Assembly (NCBI GenBank): GCA_965649115.1
Contig: CBFGJN010000011.1
Span: 1 to 41,892 of the forward strand
DNA: 41,892 nucleotides
Origin: a candidate division WOR-3 bacterium
GTDB lineage: Bacteria; Hydrothermota; Hydrothermia; LBFQ01; DSFT01
Direction of reading: 5' to 3'
Part shown: piece by piece, positions 28,167 to 38,106 of the stretch
How positions within the stretch are numbered: the first letter of the stretch is position 1
Layout: each line of letters begins with the position of its first letter
Notes under the pieces: model-generated
The model's input: only the letters and a program-made list of their open reading frames with translations
What the model was told of the DNA's origin: nothing
The model's database searches: none
Translations under genes and position numbers: made by a program

Positions 28167-29343
28167 TTTTAAATGAAGAAATGTCTTGATTTTTCTCAAT
28201 AAGTTCTATTAAAAATTCTATATTTCTAATAAGCTCCCTTATATTGAAAATTGTTTTTTCGTCTTGATATTCTAATAAATAATTTTTTGCATTATTAAAA
28301 ATTTTAATAGCGCCATCTTTATTCTTTTGAACAAGGTACTTATAATAGCCTGCTGAGATTTGAATTAATGCTTTAATAAAATTGCGATATTTATTTTCTT
28401 TTGGAATTTCTCTCCAAAGTTCCTCCAATACTTCATGTGCCTCAAAAAATTTCCCCTCTTGAAATAATTTTATTCCTTCTATAAATCTCTTATCGTTAAA
28501 GATTTTTTCCTTTAAAACAAGATAAATAGCACTTATATCTAAATTTCCATATCCTAAATTTATTGCTCTTTTTAATGTTTTATTTATTGGTTCTAATATG
28601 TGAGAATAAATATGGAATTGATTTATTAGTTCAAAGAAATAATTTAAATCCTTATGAAGCAATTCTATGGAAAATTGAGGTTGAAAGTCTTCATTTAATA
28701 TCTTATCTTTTTTAATTTCTAAAAAATAACTTCTACCTGCTCCATTTAAAAGAATATCTAAAATTATTTCCTTTTCAATTGAAAGTTTTTGAGCTATTGT
28801 AATTGTTTCAATTATAGAATGAGATATTCCTGCAAGTGCAAAATTATTTAATAACTTAATTTTTGTTGGCTTTCCTAATTCATCAAAATAATAAACTTTT
28901 CTTGTAAAAGTTTTGATTATTTCTTCAATTTCTTTAAATTTATCACTATCTCCATAAATTAACATTACCAAATTTCCACTTTGTGCTGCGGGAATAGAGC
29001 CGAGTAAAGGAGCTTCAAAATAATAACCATTTAAATTTTTTATTTTGTTATAAGCGTATATTACAAATTGATAACTATTTGTTGTCATATCAATAATAAT
29101 TTTATCTTTTAGGTTTTGTTTTTCAATTTTACTAAATAAAAATTCTTCAACTGCTTTTGAATCTCTTATGATAATAAAAATTACATCACAATTTTTGAAA
29201 AGGTCATTTGGATTTTCATAATAATTGTAATTTTTTGCCTTTTCAATAGTTCTATTATGTACATATAATTCCAAACCTTGACTTATCATTCTATCAACAA
29301 TAGCTTTACCAAGATTTCCAAGACCTACAAAACCTATCTTCAT
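28159..29343 (-). CDS. beta-hydroxyacid dehydrogenase-family oxidoreductase fused to a DUF309 domain
   Basis: [22 protein letters not shown]-terminal [12 protein letters not shown]. Confidence 0.82.
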   Translation of the reverse strand: MKIGFVGLGNLGKAIVDRMISQGLELYVHNRTIEKAKNYNYYENPNDLFKNCDVIFIIIRDSKAVEEFLFSKIEKQNLKDKIIIDMTTNSYQFVIYAYNKIKNLNGYYFEAPLLGSIPAAQSGNLVMLIYGDSDKFKEIEEIIKTFTRKVYYFDELGKPTKIKLLNNFALAGISHSIIETITIAQKLSIEKEIILDILLNGAGRSYFLEIKKDKILNEDFQPQFSIELLHKDLNYFFELINQFHIYSHILEPINKTLKRAINLGYGNLDISAIYLVLKEKIFNDKRFIEGIKLFQEGKFFEAHEVLEELWREIPKENKYRNFIKALIQISAGYYKYLVQKNKDGAIKIFNNAKNYLLEYQDEKTIFNIRELIRNIEFLIELIEKNQDISSFKII

Positions 29344-29810
29344 TTTTTTACCCCCCTTTTAACATAATCTATCCAATAAAAGATAACTCCAAAAGCAACT
29401 GAAACATTTAAACTTTGAACTTTTCCATATTGAGGAATTTTAATTAAATAATCTGATATCTCTAAAATTTCTTTATCTATGCCATTGCTTTCATTACCAA
29501 AAATAATGATTGTTTTTTGATTATAGTCATATAATCTATAATCAATTGATTTATTATCCAAACTCGTAGAAATTATTTTGAAATTTTGCTTTTTCATATT
29601 TTCTATAAATTCAAATGGATTTTTAATAATTTCAATTTCTATCCATTGATGAGAACCTTTTGAAATTTTCTCATTTATTACAAATGGTTTATCTTCCGTT
29701 ATATAAATTTTCTCAATACCTACTGCATCTGCTGTTCTTATAATAGCAGAACAATTTTGAGGATTTTCAAGTTTATAAAGATAAGGAAAAATATCTTTTA
29801 GTCTATTCAT
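29340..29810 (-). CDS. trmH: SpoU/TrmH RNA 2'-O-methyltransferase
   Basis: NPQNCSAIIRTADAVG, FGNESNG, SLNVSVA. Confidence 0.8.
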   Translation of the reverse strand: MNRLKDIFPYLYKLENPQNCSAIIRTADAVGIEKIYITEDKPFVINEKISKGSHQWIEIEIIKNPFEFIENMKKQNFKIISTSLDNKSIDYRLYDYNQKTIIIFGNESNGIDKEILEISDYLIKIPQYGKVQSLNVSVAFGVIFYWIDYVKRGVKK

Positions 29811-30529
29811 TTATTTTGAAAGTTTAAAGTCTTAGTTGGAATAACCATTCCTAAACCAAGACTATTTTTACTACCTAAGCCACAATTTAAAATGATATTT
29901 TTCATTTCATTTGAACAGGAAATTTTTAAATTTCCACTATAACCAACTATGTAATTTCCCTTGTATTCTAATACTTCTTTCTTATACTCTATAAATTCAA
30001 AGTTAAATTCACCTTCATAATCAGAACCATAAACAAGCTTGAATTTTTTCTTTAAATTTTCAAAAATAAAATTACTAAATTCTTTATCCTTAGGGCTAAA
30101 ATAAACGAATTTCTTATTTATTGTTCTATAAATTGTTATGGGAGATAATGTCTTAAAGAATTCTTTATTTAAATCAAATTTTAGAATTTTATAACCTTTA
30201 AATTTTATTTTTCTTTTGAAAACACTAATAAATCCCTTATTTAAGATGTTTGATATTAAAGATATTACAACCTCATCAATAATTGAAGCAAAGTAAAAGT
30301 GAATGGGACTCTCAAAAACAATTTTTTTATCATATATAGAAAATTTTGAAAAAATTCTTGAAAATGTAAAAAGTTTAAATTTTCTCTTACCATACTCAAA
30401 ACCAACATTATGTAAAAAATCTGAAAAATTTTTGTCCAAATTCTTATAAATAGCAGATTGTAAATAGTAGTTATAATTAATTGGAATTTCTAATTGATTC
30501 TTAAAGGAAAATTCAAATCTAACTATCAT
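29807..30529 (-). CDS. cas6: CRISPR-associated endoribonuclease Cas6 (orphan)
   Basis: YNYYLQSAIY, LHNVG..FKLFTFS, TLSPI, G-loop GLGSKNSLGLGMV; ATG 30529 overlaps folD stop (ATGA). Confidence 0.93.
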   Translation of the reverse strand: MIVRFEFSFKNQLEIPINYNYYLQSAIYKNLDKNFSDFLHNVGFEYGKRKFKLFTFSRIFSKFSIYDKKIVFESPIHFYFASIIDEVVISLISNILNKGFISVFKRKIKFKGYKILKFDLNKEFFKTLSPITIYRTINKKFVYFSPKDKEFSNFIFENLKKKFKLVYGSDYEGEFNFEFIEYKKEVLEYKGNYIVGYSGNLKISCSNEMKNIILNCGLGSKNSLGLGMVIPTKTLNFQNK

Positions 30530-31323
30530 AATTTGAAGCAATTTTCAATTGTAATTGCAGTTGTAATAGGTCCAATTCCACCAGGAACAGGTGTTATCGC
30601 GCTGACTAAATCTTTAACATCTTCAAAATAAACATCTCCAAACAACTTACCATTTAAATAATTTGTCCCAATATCAATAATAATTGAATTTTCTTTTACA
30701 AAACTTCTATCTATGTAATTTGCTTTACCAATTGCACATATTAAAATTTCCGCATTTTTTGTAATTTCTTTTAAATTTTTTGTTTTTGAATGGCATATTG
30801 TAATTGTTGCATTTCTATTTAATAATAGTAAGGATAATGGCTTACCTACAATAATGCTTCTTCCAATTACTACAACATTTTTACCTTCTAATGGAATTTC
30901 ATAATAATCTAATAATTCAATGACCGCTTTTGCTGTACTTGGAACAATAAACTCATTGCCATATAAAATTTTCCCAAGGTTTAATGGATTTAAACCTTCA
31001 ATATCTTTATTTGGATCAATTTTAGAAAGGACATTTAATGGATTTATTTGTTTCGGAAGTGGCATTTCAACAAAAATACCCTTAATATCATTCCTTTCAT
31101 TAATTTCACAAATTATATCTATTAGTTCAGTTTCGGTTGTATTTTTGTTAAGTTTTACAATTTCTGCTTCAATTTGAAATTCAGAAAATTTTTTTATTTT
31201 ACTATTTAAATATGAAATTGTTGATAAATCATTTGTCAAAACAATTATGGCTATTTTTATAGGTTTTGGCTTTATTCGCTGATATATTCTTTGTGCAACA
31301 GGCTTGCCTAATAATAACTTCAA
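30526..31323 (-). CDS. folD: methylenetetrahydrofolate dehydrogenase/cyclohydrolase
   Basis: KDIEG, GRSIIVGKP, ITPVPGGIGPIT; TTG start 7 nt after TAAAAT. Confidence 0.95.
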   Translation of the reverse strand: MKLLLGKPVAQRIYQRIKPKPIKIAIIVLTNDLSTISYLNSKIKKFSEFQIEAEIVKLNKNTTETELIDIICEINERNDIKGIFVEMPLPKQINPLNVLSKIDPNKDIEGLNPLNLGKILYGNEFIVPSTAKAVIELLDYYEIPLEGKNVVVIGRSIIVGKPLSLLLLNRNATITICHSKTKNLKEITKNAEILICAIGKANYIDRSFVKENSIIIDIGTNYLNGKLFGDVYFEDVKDLVSAITPVPGGIGPITTAITIENCFKL

Positions 31324-31507
31324 GTTTGAAATTTTAAAGGAAGTACATTTATATCTTTTGTTTTGTCTAGTAATTCGGAAATATAGATTATTTTTTATTT
31401 TTTCCCACCCGTCCTAAAAATAAGCCTTCGGCTTTAATTTCGCCCCCCTTTGGTGAGAAGTTTAATCCAATTATTTATGATAAGGATAGCTTTTTAAGGC
31501 TTTTGAG

Positions 31508-31705
31508 TTAGTCTTCATCTAAATTCTCAAATTCTTCGTCGTCATCTTCTTCTATAAGTATTCTGGGATTTTTTATAAATTTCCTCATAAAGTATTCTAT
31601 TATTCTTGAAGGAATATAACCCATTTTATCGCATTTAATCTGAAAATCATACCAAACATCTTGGTCAATAAATAATGTTATACCCTTTCTTTTAGTTTCG
31701 TTCAT
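31508..31705 (-). CDS. small RHH/CopG-like DNA-binding protein with acidic tail
   Basis: KRKGITLFID strand, helix, G-turn, SRIIEYFMRKFI helix; ATGA-coupled to the upstream gene. Confidence 0.6.
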   Translation of the reverse strand: MNETKRKGITLFIDQDVWYDFQIKCDKMGYIPSRIIEYFMRKFIKNPRILIEEDDDEEFENLDED

Positions 31706-32430
31706 TTTTTATATTCAAGTATTTTAATTTTTTTGTTGATAATGTCAAAATAGCAAAGTTCAATTGAATGGAAAACTTTATATATTTCGTCTTCTTTTTC
31801 TGAAATAACTTCTTTTATTTTTTTGTCATCCATCGCTAAAAATCTTGATAAAATTACTCCAACTTTTGGAACTAAACAATTTACTTCATTTCCTCTTTTT
31901 ATTAGTTGCTCTATGGCATTTTTTAATGTGTTTTCATTTAAAACATTTTTGATTTCAATTATGAAATAATTCCTCCTGCTTTCTAATTCTAATATAAAGT
32001 CAGCACCACCTTCTGGAATGTGAGTAATTCTATATTTTTTAAATGATTTTTCTGAAATGTATAATTTTAATAAATCCCATTCGTTTCCTTCACTTCTTAT
32101 TTTCTTTATGCCTTCTATTATTTGTCCTAAATAGGATTTTTCTTGACCATCCTCCTGGTAATATAAGCCTTCATAAATTCTTTTTAAATAAGGAATTTTT
32201 TGCCCATCTTTTTGATAATATAAGGCTTCATCTATTTTTTTAGATAGAGAATTAAAACCATTATCTATTTTTTCAGATAAAGAATTAAAACCAGTATCAA
32301 TTTTTTCGGATAGAGATTTAAAACCTTCTTTAAGCGTTTTTAGAATTTCTATTAGAATATCTTTTGGGGTTTCAGGAATTATTTCCTCTGGTTTTCCTCC
32401 CATTTGTTCTTTTATTTCTTTCTCTTCCAT
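31702..32430 (-). CDS. coiled-coil repeat protein with C-terminal PD-(D/E)xK nuclease-like domain
   Basis: 11-aa and 19-aa repeats, then GADFILE..FIIEIK..AIEQL. Confidence 0.6.
   Translation of the reverse strand: MEEKEIKEQMGGKPEEIIPETPKDILIEILKTLKEGFKSLSEKIDTGFNSLSEKIDNGFNSLSKKIDEALYYQKDGQKIPYLKRIYEGLYYQEDGQEKSYLGQIIEGIKKIRSEGNEWDLLKLYISEKSFKKYRITHIPEGGADFILELESRRNYFIIEIKNVLNENTLKNAIEQLIKRGNEVNCLVPKVGVILSRFLAMDDKKIKEVISEKEDEIYKVFHSIELCYFDIINKKIKILEYKK
32110..32331 (-). repeat. intragenic tandem repeats (3 x 33 nt; 2 x 57 nt)
   Basis: GF(K/N)SLS(E/K)KID three times; LYYQ(K/E)DGQ...YL..I.EG twice. Confidence 0.85.
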
Positions 32431-32466
32431 AACTTTGAAATTTTAAAGCATTTTTTTATAATTATT

Positions 32467-32784
32467 TGCTGTGTCTAGTAATTCTGGAACTATTTATTTT
32501 ATTATATTTCTCCCGCCCGCCCTATAATTGAGCCTTCGGCTCTACTTACCCATATTTCGGCTATGGGGGGCTCCGCCCTCCATTAGATCCCCCGTAAAAT
32601 AAATGATTTTCTTAAAATTTCATAAGTTATTGATTATCAATTATTTAACACCATATAAATACTCAACTTTTCGCCAGGGGGCTACCGCCCCCTTTAATAA
32701 ACCCCCTATAAAAACGATAATTTCAGAAAATTTTTTACAAGTTATTGATTATCAATCACTTAACATCATTTATTGGACAAAGCA
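32467..32784 (+). mobile_element. MITE copy with duplicated right half (318 bp)
   Basis: TGCTGTGTCTAGTAATT start; GC hairpin plus TTGATTATCAA module occurs twice. Confidence 0.85.
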
Positions 32785-32793
32785 TATATCTTT

Positions 32794-32850
32794 TGCTTTC
32801 CTAATAATAAGTCTTCGGCTTATAAATGCCCATTCTTATGCCTCGGGATG
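32794..32850 (+). repeat. MITE remnant 9 bp after the previous end
   Basis: TGCTTT then CCTAATAATAAGTCTTCGGCTTATAAATGCCCAT. Confidence 0.65.
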
Positions 32851-32858
32851 CAAAGATT

Positions 32859-33206
32859 TTATTGATTATCGCTATATTCAATACCAAAATTTTCTGTTTC
32901 CCAAAGAATAACCTTTTCTAAATTTGGATATTTTTCTTTAATTTTTTTATAGAAAAATTTTGCTAGATTTTCGCAAGTAGGATTGAAGTCATAAAATTCA
33001 TTTAAAAATTTTCTATCAGGAACTAAACTTTTTAGAAAATTTTCAACTTCAAGAAAATCATAAGTTATCTCTTCATCATTTAATCTATCAGAGTTAATAT
33101 GAACTTCAAGTAAGTAATTGTGACCATGAATTTCCTCAGGCTTACCCTTATAACTTCTTAAAAAATGAGCAGCAGAAAATTTAATTTTTACAATTGTTTT
33201 AAACAT
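32859..33206 (-). CDS. queD: 6-carboxytetrahydropterin synthase
   Basis: FSAAH, HGHNY, NPTCENLA, LWET. Confidence 0.88.
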   Translation of the reverse strand: MFKTIVKIKFSAAHFLRSYKGKPEEIHGHNYLLEVHINSDRLNDEEITYDFLEVENFLKSLVPDRKFLNEFYDFNPTCENLAKFFYKKIKEKYPNLEKVILWETENFGIEYSDNQ

Positions 33207-33451
33207 TAGTCAAATATATCAAAAAGGTCAAACCACTTTTTCTTTTTCTTCTTATAATAATCATCGTCGTAATGTCCAAATTTCTTATAATCCTCCTCCC
33301 AATCATATTCAATTTCTTTAATTCTATTTATAATTTTTTCAAGTTCTCCTTTATCAAGCCAAATTCCTCCACATTGAGGACAAACGTCAATCAAAATTCC
33401 AACCTTTATAACTTCATTCATAAACACACTACAATTTGGACATTTTTTCAT
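33206..33451 (-). CDS. zf-TFIIB-type zinc-ribbon protein
   Basis: CPNC..IDVCPQCGGIWLDKGELEKI; C-terminal KKKK-WFDLFDIFD. Confidence 0.85.
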   Translation of the reverse strand: MKKCPNCSVFMNEVIKVGILIDVCPQCGGIWLDKGELEKIINRIKEIEYDWEEDYKKFGHYDDDYYKKKKKKWFDLFDIFD

Positions 33452-33475
33452 AATTGAAATTTTAAAGGATAGAAA

Positions 33476-33629
33476 ATTTTTTTCTGTTTATTATATTTTC
33501 CCGCCCACCCTACGAATTAAGCCTTTGGCTTTTAAATACCCATTTTTATGCCTTGGGGGGCTTACTTTATTGGACAAACTAGTAATTCCACTTTAAAATA
33601 CCTCAACTTTTGCTTTTGGGGGCAAAGCA
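33476..33629 (+). repeat. degenerate MITE fragments
   Basis: CCCGCCCACCC, AAGCCTTTGGCTT, TTATTGGACAAA. Confidence 0.7.
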
Positions 33630-33678
33630 TTTCTGTGATTGAGCCTTTTTTTTTATGCTTTAAAATTTAAAAAGTTTT

Positions 33679-34728
33679 ATGAATACAAAATGGAAATATC
33701 TAAGAAGGTTGCTTAAAGAAAAGCCTAATGTATCCCTAGATAAAACTACAAAAATTCCAAGATTATCATTACCAAGACCATTATATATATGGGAGTTTGA
33801 TTTAGGGATAACAACGGGTAGTGGTCCAGGCAGTGAAGATGAAGGTGCTGTTGGAAGAGATGAAATTGTAAAGTACTTTTTATCAGAATTTCAAATTCCG
33901 ATAATTATTGAAGAAACAAGTTATGAATTTGATGTTAGAAAAGAAGGCAAGAGTAAAGTTGGAAGAATTAGTCAATTAGACTTAGAAAGAACACTTAGAC
34001 AAAAAATGAGAAGACTTGCTATTGAAGGTAATTTAGACCCTTCTTCATTATTTGATACTCCATTTTCAGATGAAGACCTTGTATTTAATCGTTTTAGTAT
34101 AAAAGAAACATTAAGTAAAAAATGCTTAGTTGTTCTTGGTATAGATGTATCTGGCTCAATTAGTGATATTGAAAGAGTTATAGCAAAATCATTATTAATA
34201 GGACTTATACAATTCTTTGGAACAAACTTTGAAATGATTGATTTTTATGGAGTTTCTCATGAAGTTTCTGCAAAAATTTTTGGTCCATTAAAAATTCAAA
34301 AGTCAGAAAATCCTTTAACAATTCTTGATAGTGAATCAGCTAATCCAATTAGAGAATTTGCTAAAATTCAAGGAGGTGGAGGAACTTCACTTTACGATTT
34401 TTCAGTAAAAGTTAGAAACATAGCAAATAAGTATAAAAATTATAGCAGATATCTATTCTATGCAGGAGATTTTTCAGTTTTCTCAAATGATTTAGAAATT
34501 TTTGAAAAAACAATTTTCAGAGGAGACCCATTCCACTTCTATGGAATTATCGTTTATGATAGTGAAAATGCTTTTAGTACATTTAGTTATATTCCTTCAA
34601 ATAGTTCAATTCTTTTTATGGGTAGAGAAATTGCTGTTTCAAGTAATGTTGATACTGTGAGTGTTTTAAATTGGATATTTAAGCATCTTGGAAAAATAGG
34701 AAAATTTAGCTATGCCCAAAATAGATAA
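33679..34728 (+). CDS. yeaH: YeaH/YhbH (DUF444)-like VWA protein, divergent
   Basis: Gly-rich linker, LERTLRQ, MIDAS DVSGS, GGGTS; adjacent to spoVR. Confidence 0.7.
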   Translation: MNTKWKYLRRLLKEKPNVSLDKTTKIPRLSLPRPLYIWEFDLGITTGSGPGSEDEGAVGRDEIVKYFLSEFQIPIIIEETSYEFDVRKEGKSKVGRISQLDLERTLRQKMRRLAIEGNLDPSSLFDTPFSDEDLVFNRFSIKETLSKKCLVVLGIDVSGSISDIERVIAKSLLIGLIQFFGTNFEMIDFYGVSHEVSAKIFGPLKIQKSENPLTILDSESANPIREFAKIQGGGGTSLYDFSVKVRNIANKYKNYSRYLFYAGDFSVFSNDLEIFEKTIFRGDPFHFYGIIVYDSENAFSTFSYIPSNSSILFMGREIAVSSNVDTVSVLNWIFKHLGKIGKFSYAQNR

Positions 34729-36142
34729 AAAAGTTATAGAAGATTTAGAAGCACTTGTTAAAGCTCATCATTTAGACCCGCTTCCTGTTGAATGGATAAT
34801 AATTGATAATGAAGAAATATCAGATGCTCTTATGGGTAGAATCCCTTCTGATATTGAATTTTGGGAAGATGGTTATATTTATTGGCAGCAAAGTTTATTA
34901 GAAAGAGATTGGACAAAGAATTATGTAATAGGTGTTCTTGAAGTAATATACGATATGGGAGATTATGCAATTGGTTTTATTAGAAGTGATATGCCAATTG
35001 CCTATCAAATAGCCGTTGTTCTACATGCTTATGCACATGCAGATTTATTCAAAAATCACACATTAAAAAATAAATTTTACAATTCAATTATTTCCTATAC
35101 TTCTTCGGTTAATAAGTATAGAAAAATTTTAAAAAATTATGAAGAAAAATATGGAATTGATTTTGTTGAAAGTGTAGAAGATATTTCAGAAATTTTAGGT
35201 GAAATATCATCTTCATTTAGGACTGATGAAATACAACCTTCTTCTATATTATATAAACCAAGGGAAAAATTTGATATTGAAAAGAAAACATTCATTATTG
35301 AAGAACCTGAATATCCAACTGAGAATGAAGGTGATATTTTATATGCTTTAATGTCAATACCTTGGATTGCACAACCCATCAGAGACATCATTTCAATTTT
35401 TAGACATAGAGCAATGTACTCTTATCCAATTACAATTACAAAGTACATTCATGAAGGTTGGTCAACATTTTGGGAAAAAACACTTTACATTGAAGCAGTT
35501 AAATATATAAATGTTAAGGAATTTATAACATCAAATATAATACCAAGATTTCCATATATTCCAAAAGAGCAATTGGAAGAGTATGAAGATGGAAATTTAA
35601 TTTATTTAGCAGAGTTATTAGATTTATTATACAAAACACTATCTGACCCTTATACACTTGGTTATCTATTTTTCCTTTATAAGTCAAGAAAAGGTGAAGA
35701 TATTTTCAAACTTTCAAGAAATATGTTTGATTACGATATATTTGAAATGTTCAATTTTGAAATGTTCTTAACCTTGCTTGAAGAAAGTCTTCCATTTAAG
35801 TTTTATGAACATATTAAGGAAAATGAAAATATAAAAACACTAATTAAATTTGCTAATATATTTTGGCTTCAAAGAATTTATAAAGGATTTGTTCCAAAAG
35901 GTGGAATAAATAAAGATTTATTTTTAGTTAAACTTTTTGAAAGACCTGATTATGAAATTGAATTTGAAAGAGAAAGCACACCTATAAAAATTGGTGATAA
36001 AATATATCTTTACATTCACGATTTATATATAAATTCAAATTCAACATATGGTTTAAAAGATACAGAAAAATTCATAAGTCAAAGGATAAGAAACCTTTTA
36101 GGAATTAAAAAATTTAAATTTGATTTTGAGCATTATGAATAA
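34712..36142 (+). CDS. spoVR: SpoVR/YcgB family protein, divergent
   Basis: HAYAHADLFKN, TKYIHEGWSTFW, DPYTLG. Confidence 0.8.
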   Translation: MPKIDKKVIEDLEALVKAHHLDPLPVEWIIIDNEEISDALMGRIPSDIEFWEDGYIYWQQSLLERDWTKNYVIGVLEVIYDMGDYAIGFIRSDMPIAYQIAVVLHAYAHADLFKNHTLKNKFYNSIISYTSSVNKYRKILKNYEEKYGIDFVESVEDISEILGEISSSFRTDEIQPSSILYKPREKFDIEKKTFIIEEPEYPTENEGDILYALMSIPWIAQPIRDIISIFRHRAMYSYPITITKYIHEGWSTFWEKTLYIEAVKYINVKEFITSNIIPRFPYIPKEQLEEYEDGNLIYLAELLDLLYKTLSDPYTLGYLFFLYKSRKGEDIFKLSRNMFDYDIFEMFNFEMFLTLLEESLPFKFYEHIKENENIKTLIKFANIFWLQRIYKGFVPKGGINKDLFLVKLFERPDYEIEFERESTPIKIGDKIYLYIHDLYINSNSTYGLKDTEKFISQRIRNLLGIKKFKFDFEHYE

Positions 36143-37868
36143 TAACCAAATTATAGCGAAAATTTTTAATGAAATAGCTGATGCGTTGGAATTCCTTGGA
36201 GATAATCCATTTAAAATAAGAGCTTATAGGACAGCAGCAAATGTTCTTGAAGGACTTCCAGAAGATATTAGTTTATATATTCAAAGGAATGAAAAAATTT
36301 ATGGTATTGGTGAAGATTTGAGAGAAAAAATTATAGAATTTTTAAAAACGGGAAAAATTAAAAAGCACGAGGAACTTCTAAGTAAAATTCCAAAAGGTAT
36401 ATTTGAAATAATGAATATCCCATATGTTGGACCAAAAACAGCAAAATTATTATATGAACATTTTGGTGTTGATAGTATTGAAAAATTAAAAAATGTTTTA
36501 GAAACAGGAGCTTTACTTAAAATTAAAGGATTTGGATTAAAGAAAATTGAAAATATAAAAAAAGGGTTAGAATTGTATCAAAAATTATCTCAAAGATTTC
36601 CAATTGGTGAAGTTTATAATGACATAATGAATTTTAAAAACTATTTAATTTCAATTGAAGGTATTGAAAAGGTTGAAATAGCAGGCTCATTTAGAAGATT
36701 TAAAGAAACTATTGGAGATGTAGATATTCTAATTCTCTCAAAAAGAGATATTTCAGATGATATATTAAAACATCCAAGAATTAAAGAAATTTTAGCAAAA
36801 GGAGAAACAAAAATTTCATTTTTATATGAACTTTCAAACAATAAATTAATTCAAGTTGATATTAGAATAATTGATGAAAAAAGTTGGGGTTCAGCATTAA
36901 TGTACTTTACAGGTTCAAAAGAGCATAACATTCAAATGCGTGATTTAGCTATTGAAAAAGGTTATAAGTTAAATGAATATGGATTATTTAAAGATGAAAT
37001 TTATATTGCAGGTAGAAGTGAAGAAGAAGTTTTTGAGAAACTTTCAATTCAATATATTCCTCCTGAAATTAGAGAAGCAAGAGGAGAAATTGAGCTTGCG
37101 AAGTTATTTAAAATTCCAAAGCTTATAGATTTTAATGATATTAAAGGTGATTTACAAGTTCATAGTAGATATTCAGATGGAGTTATGGATTTTTGGGAAA
37201 TTGAAGCAGAAGCTTTAAAATATAATTATGAATATGTTGCTATTACTGATCATTCAAGAAGTTTAAAAGTTGCAGGAGGAATGGAAATTGAAGACTTATT
37301 AAAAAGAAATGAAGAAATAAAAAAATTTAATAGAAATTCAAAAGTTAAGTTATTAATTTCAGCAGAAGTTGAGATTTTAAATGATGGTAGTTTGGATTAT
37401 CCTGATGAAATTTTAAAAAATTTAGATATTGTTCTTGCTTCAATACATAATGTTAAAAAAGATGAAGATATAACTGAAAGATATTTAAAAGCTATGGATA
37501 ATCCTTATGTTGATATTATTGCACATCCAACAGGTAGGCTCGTTCTTTCAAGAGAACCATATAAATTAAATTTAGATGAATTATTTAAGAAAGCCTCTGA
37601 AAGAAAAATTATCCTTGAAATTAATGCTCATTATAATAGACTTGATTTAAATGATTTAAATATATTAAAAGCAAAGCAATATGGTGTTAAATTTTCAATA
37701 GGAACTGACGCTCATAATAGAAATGGATTTTATATGATGATTTTTGGTGTTAAAATGGCAAGAAAAGGATTACTAACAAAAGATGATGTTGTAAATAGTT
37801 TAAGTTTAAATGAACTTTTAGAGTATATTAAGTTTTGTAGGGAGTATAGAGTTAAACATTTTAGTTAA
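36135..37868 (+). CDS. polX: DNA polymerase/3'-5' exonuclease PolX with PHP domain
   Basis: AGSFRR..GDVD, YFTGSKEHN, DLQVHSRYSDG, GTDAH; ATG 36135. Confidence 0.95.
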   Translation: MNNNQIIAKIFNEIADALEFLGDNPFKIRAYRTAANVLEGLPEDISLYIQRNEKIYGIGEDLREKIIEFLKTGKIKKHEELLSKIPKGIFEIMNIPYVGPKTAKLLYEHFGVDSIEKLKNVLETGALLKIKGFGLKKIENIKKGLELYQKLSQRFPIGEVYNDIMNFKNYLISIEGIEKVEIAGSFRRFKETIGDVDILILSKRDISDDILKHPRIKEILAKGETKISFLYELSNNKLIQVDIRIIDEKSWGSALMYFTGSKEHNIQMRDLAIEKGYKLNEYGLFKDEIYIAGRSEEEVFEKLSIQYIPPEIREARGEIELAKLFKIPKLIDFNDIKGDLQVHSRYSDGVMDFWEIEAEALKYNYEYVAITDHSRSLKVAGGMEIEDLLKRNEEIKKFNRNSKVKLLISAEVEILNDGSLDYPDEILKNLDIVLASIHNVKKDEDITERYLKAMDNPYVDIIAHPTGRLVLSREPYKLNLDELFKKASERKIILEINAHYNRLDLNDLNILKAKQYGVKFSIGTDAHNRNGFYMMIFGVKMARKGLLTKDDVVNSLSLNELLEYIKFCREYRVKHFS

Positions 37869-37892
37869 GTTGGCAAATTAATACTTTTTATA

Positions 37893-38097
37893 TGCTTTGT
37901 CCAGTAATTATTGCTAAATGCTTGATAATCAATAATTTATAAAAGCTTTAAGGAAGTTATTGATTTAAGGGGGGTTTTAATGGGGGGCGAAGCCCCCCAA
38001 AGCATAAAAATGGGCATTTTAAAGCCGAAGGCTTAAATATAGGGTGGGTGGGAAAAATATAGTAAAATAAATAGTTTTGGAATTACTGGACAAAGCA
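37893..38097 (-). mobile_element. MITE, full copy (205 bp)
   Basis: TGCTTTGTCCAGTAATT...AATTACTGGACAAAGCA, perfect 17-bp IR. Confidence 0.92.
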
Positions 38098-38106
38098 ATT
38101 TCAATA

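Larger units (their letters stand above)
31359..32784 (+). mobile_element. MITE-bounded composite element carrying two genes
   Basis: left TIR TGTTTTGTCTAGTAATT at 31359, right TIR TTTATTGGACAAAGCA ending 32784, identical TATATCTTT at 31350-31358 and 32785-32793. Confidence 0.78.

Noticed and set aside
32603..32911. 102-aa ORF, also 26143-26388 and 40957-41148
   Set aside because: They lie within MITE sequence and the frame is not conserved between copies, so they are chance ORFs and not transposase remnants.
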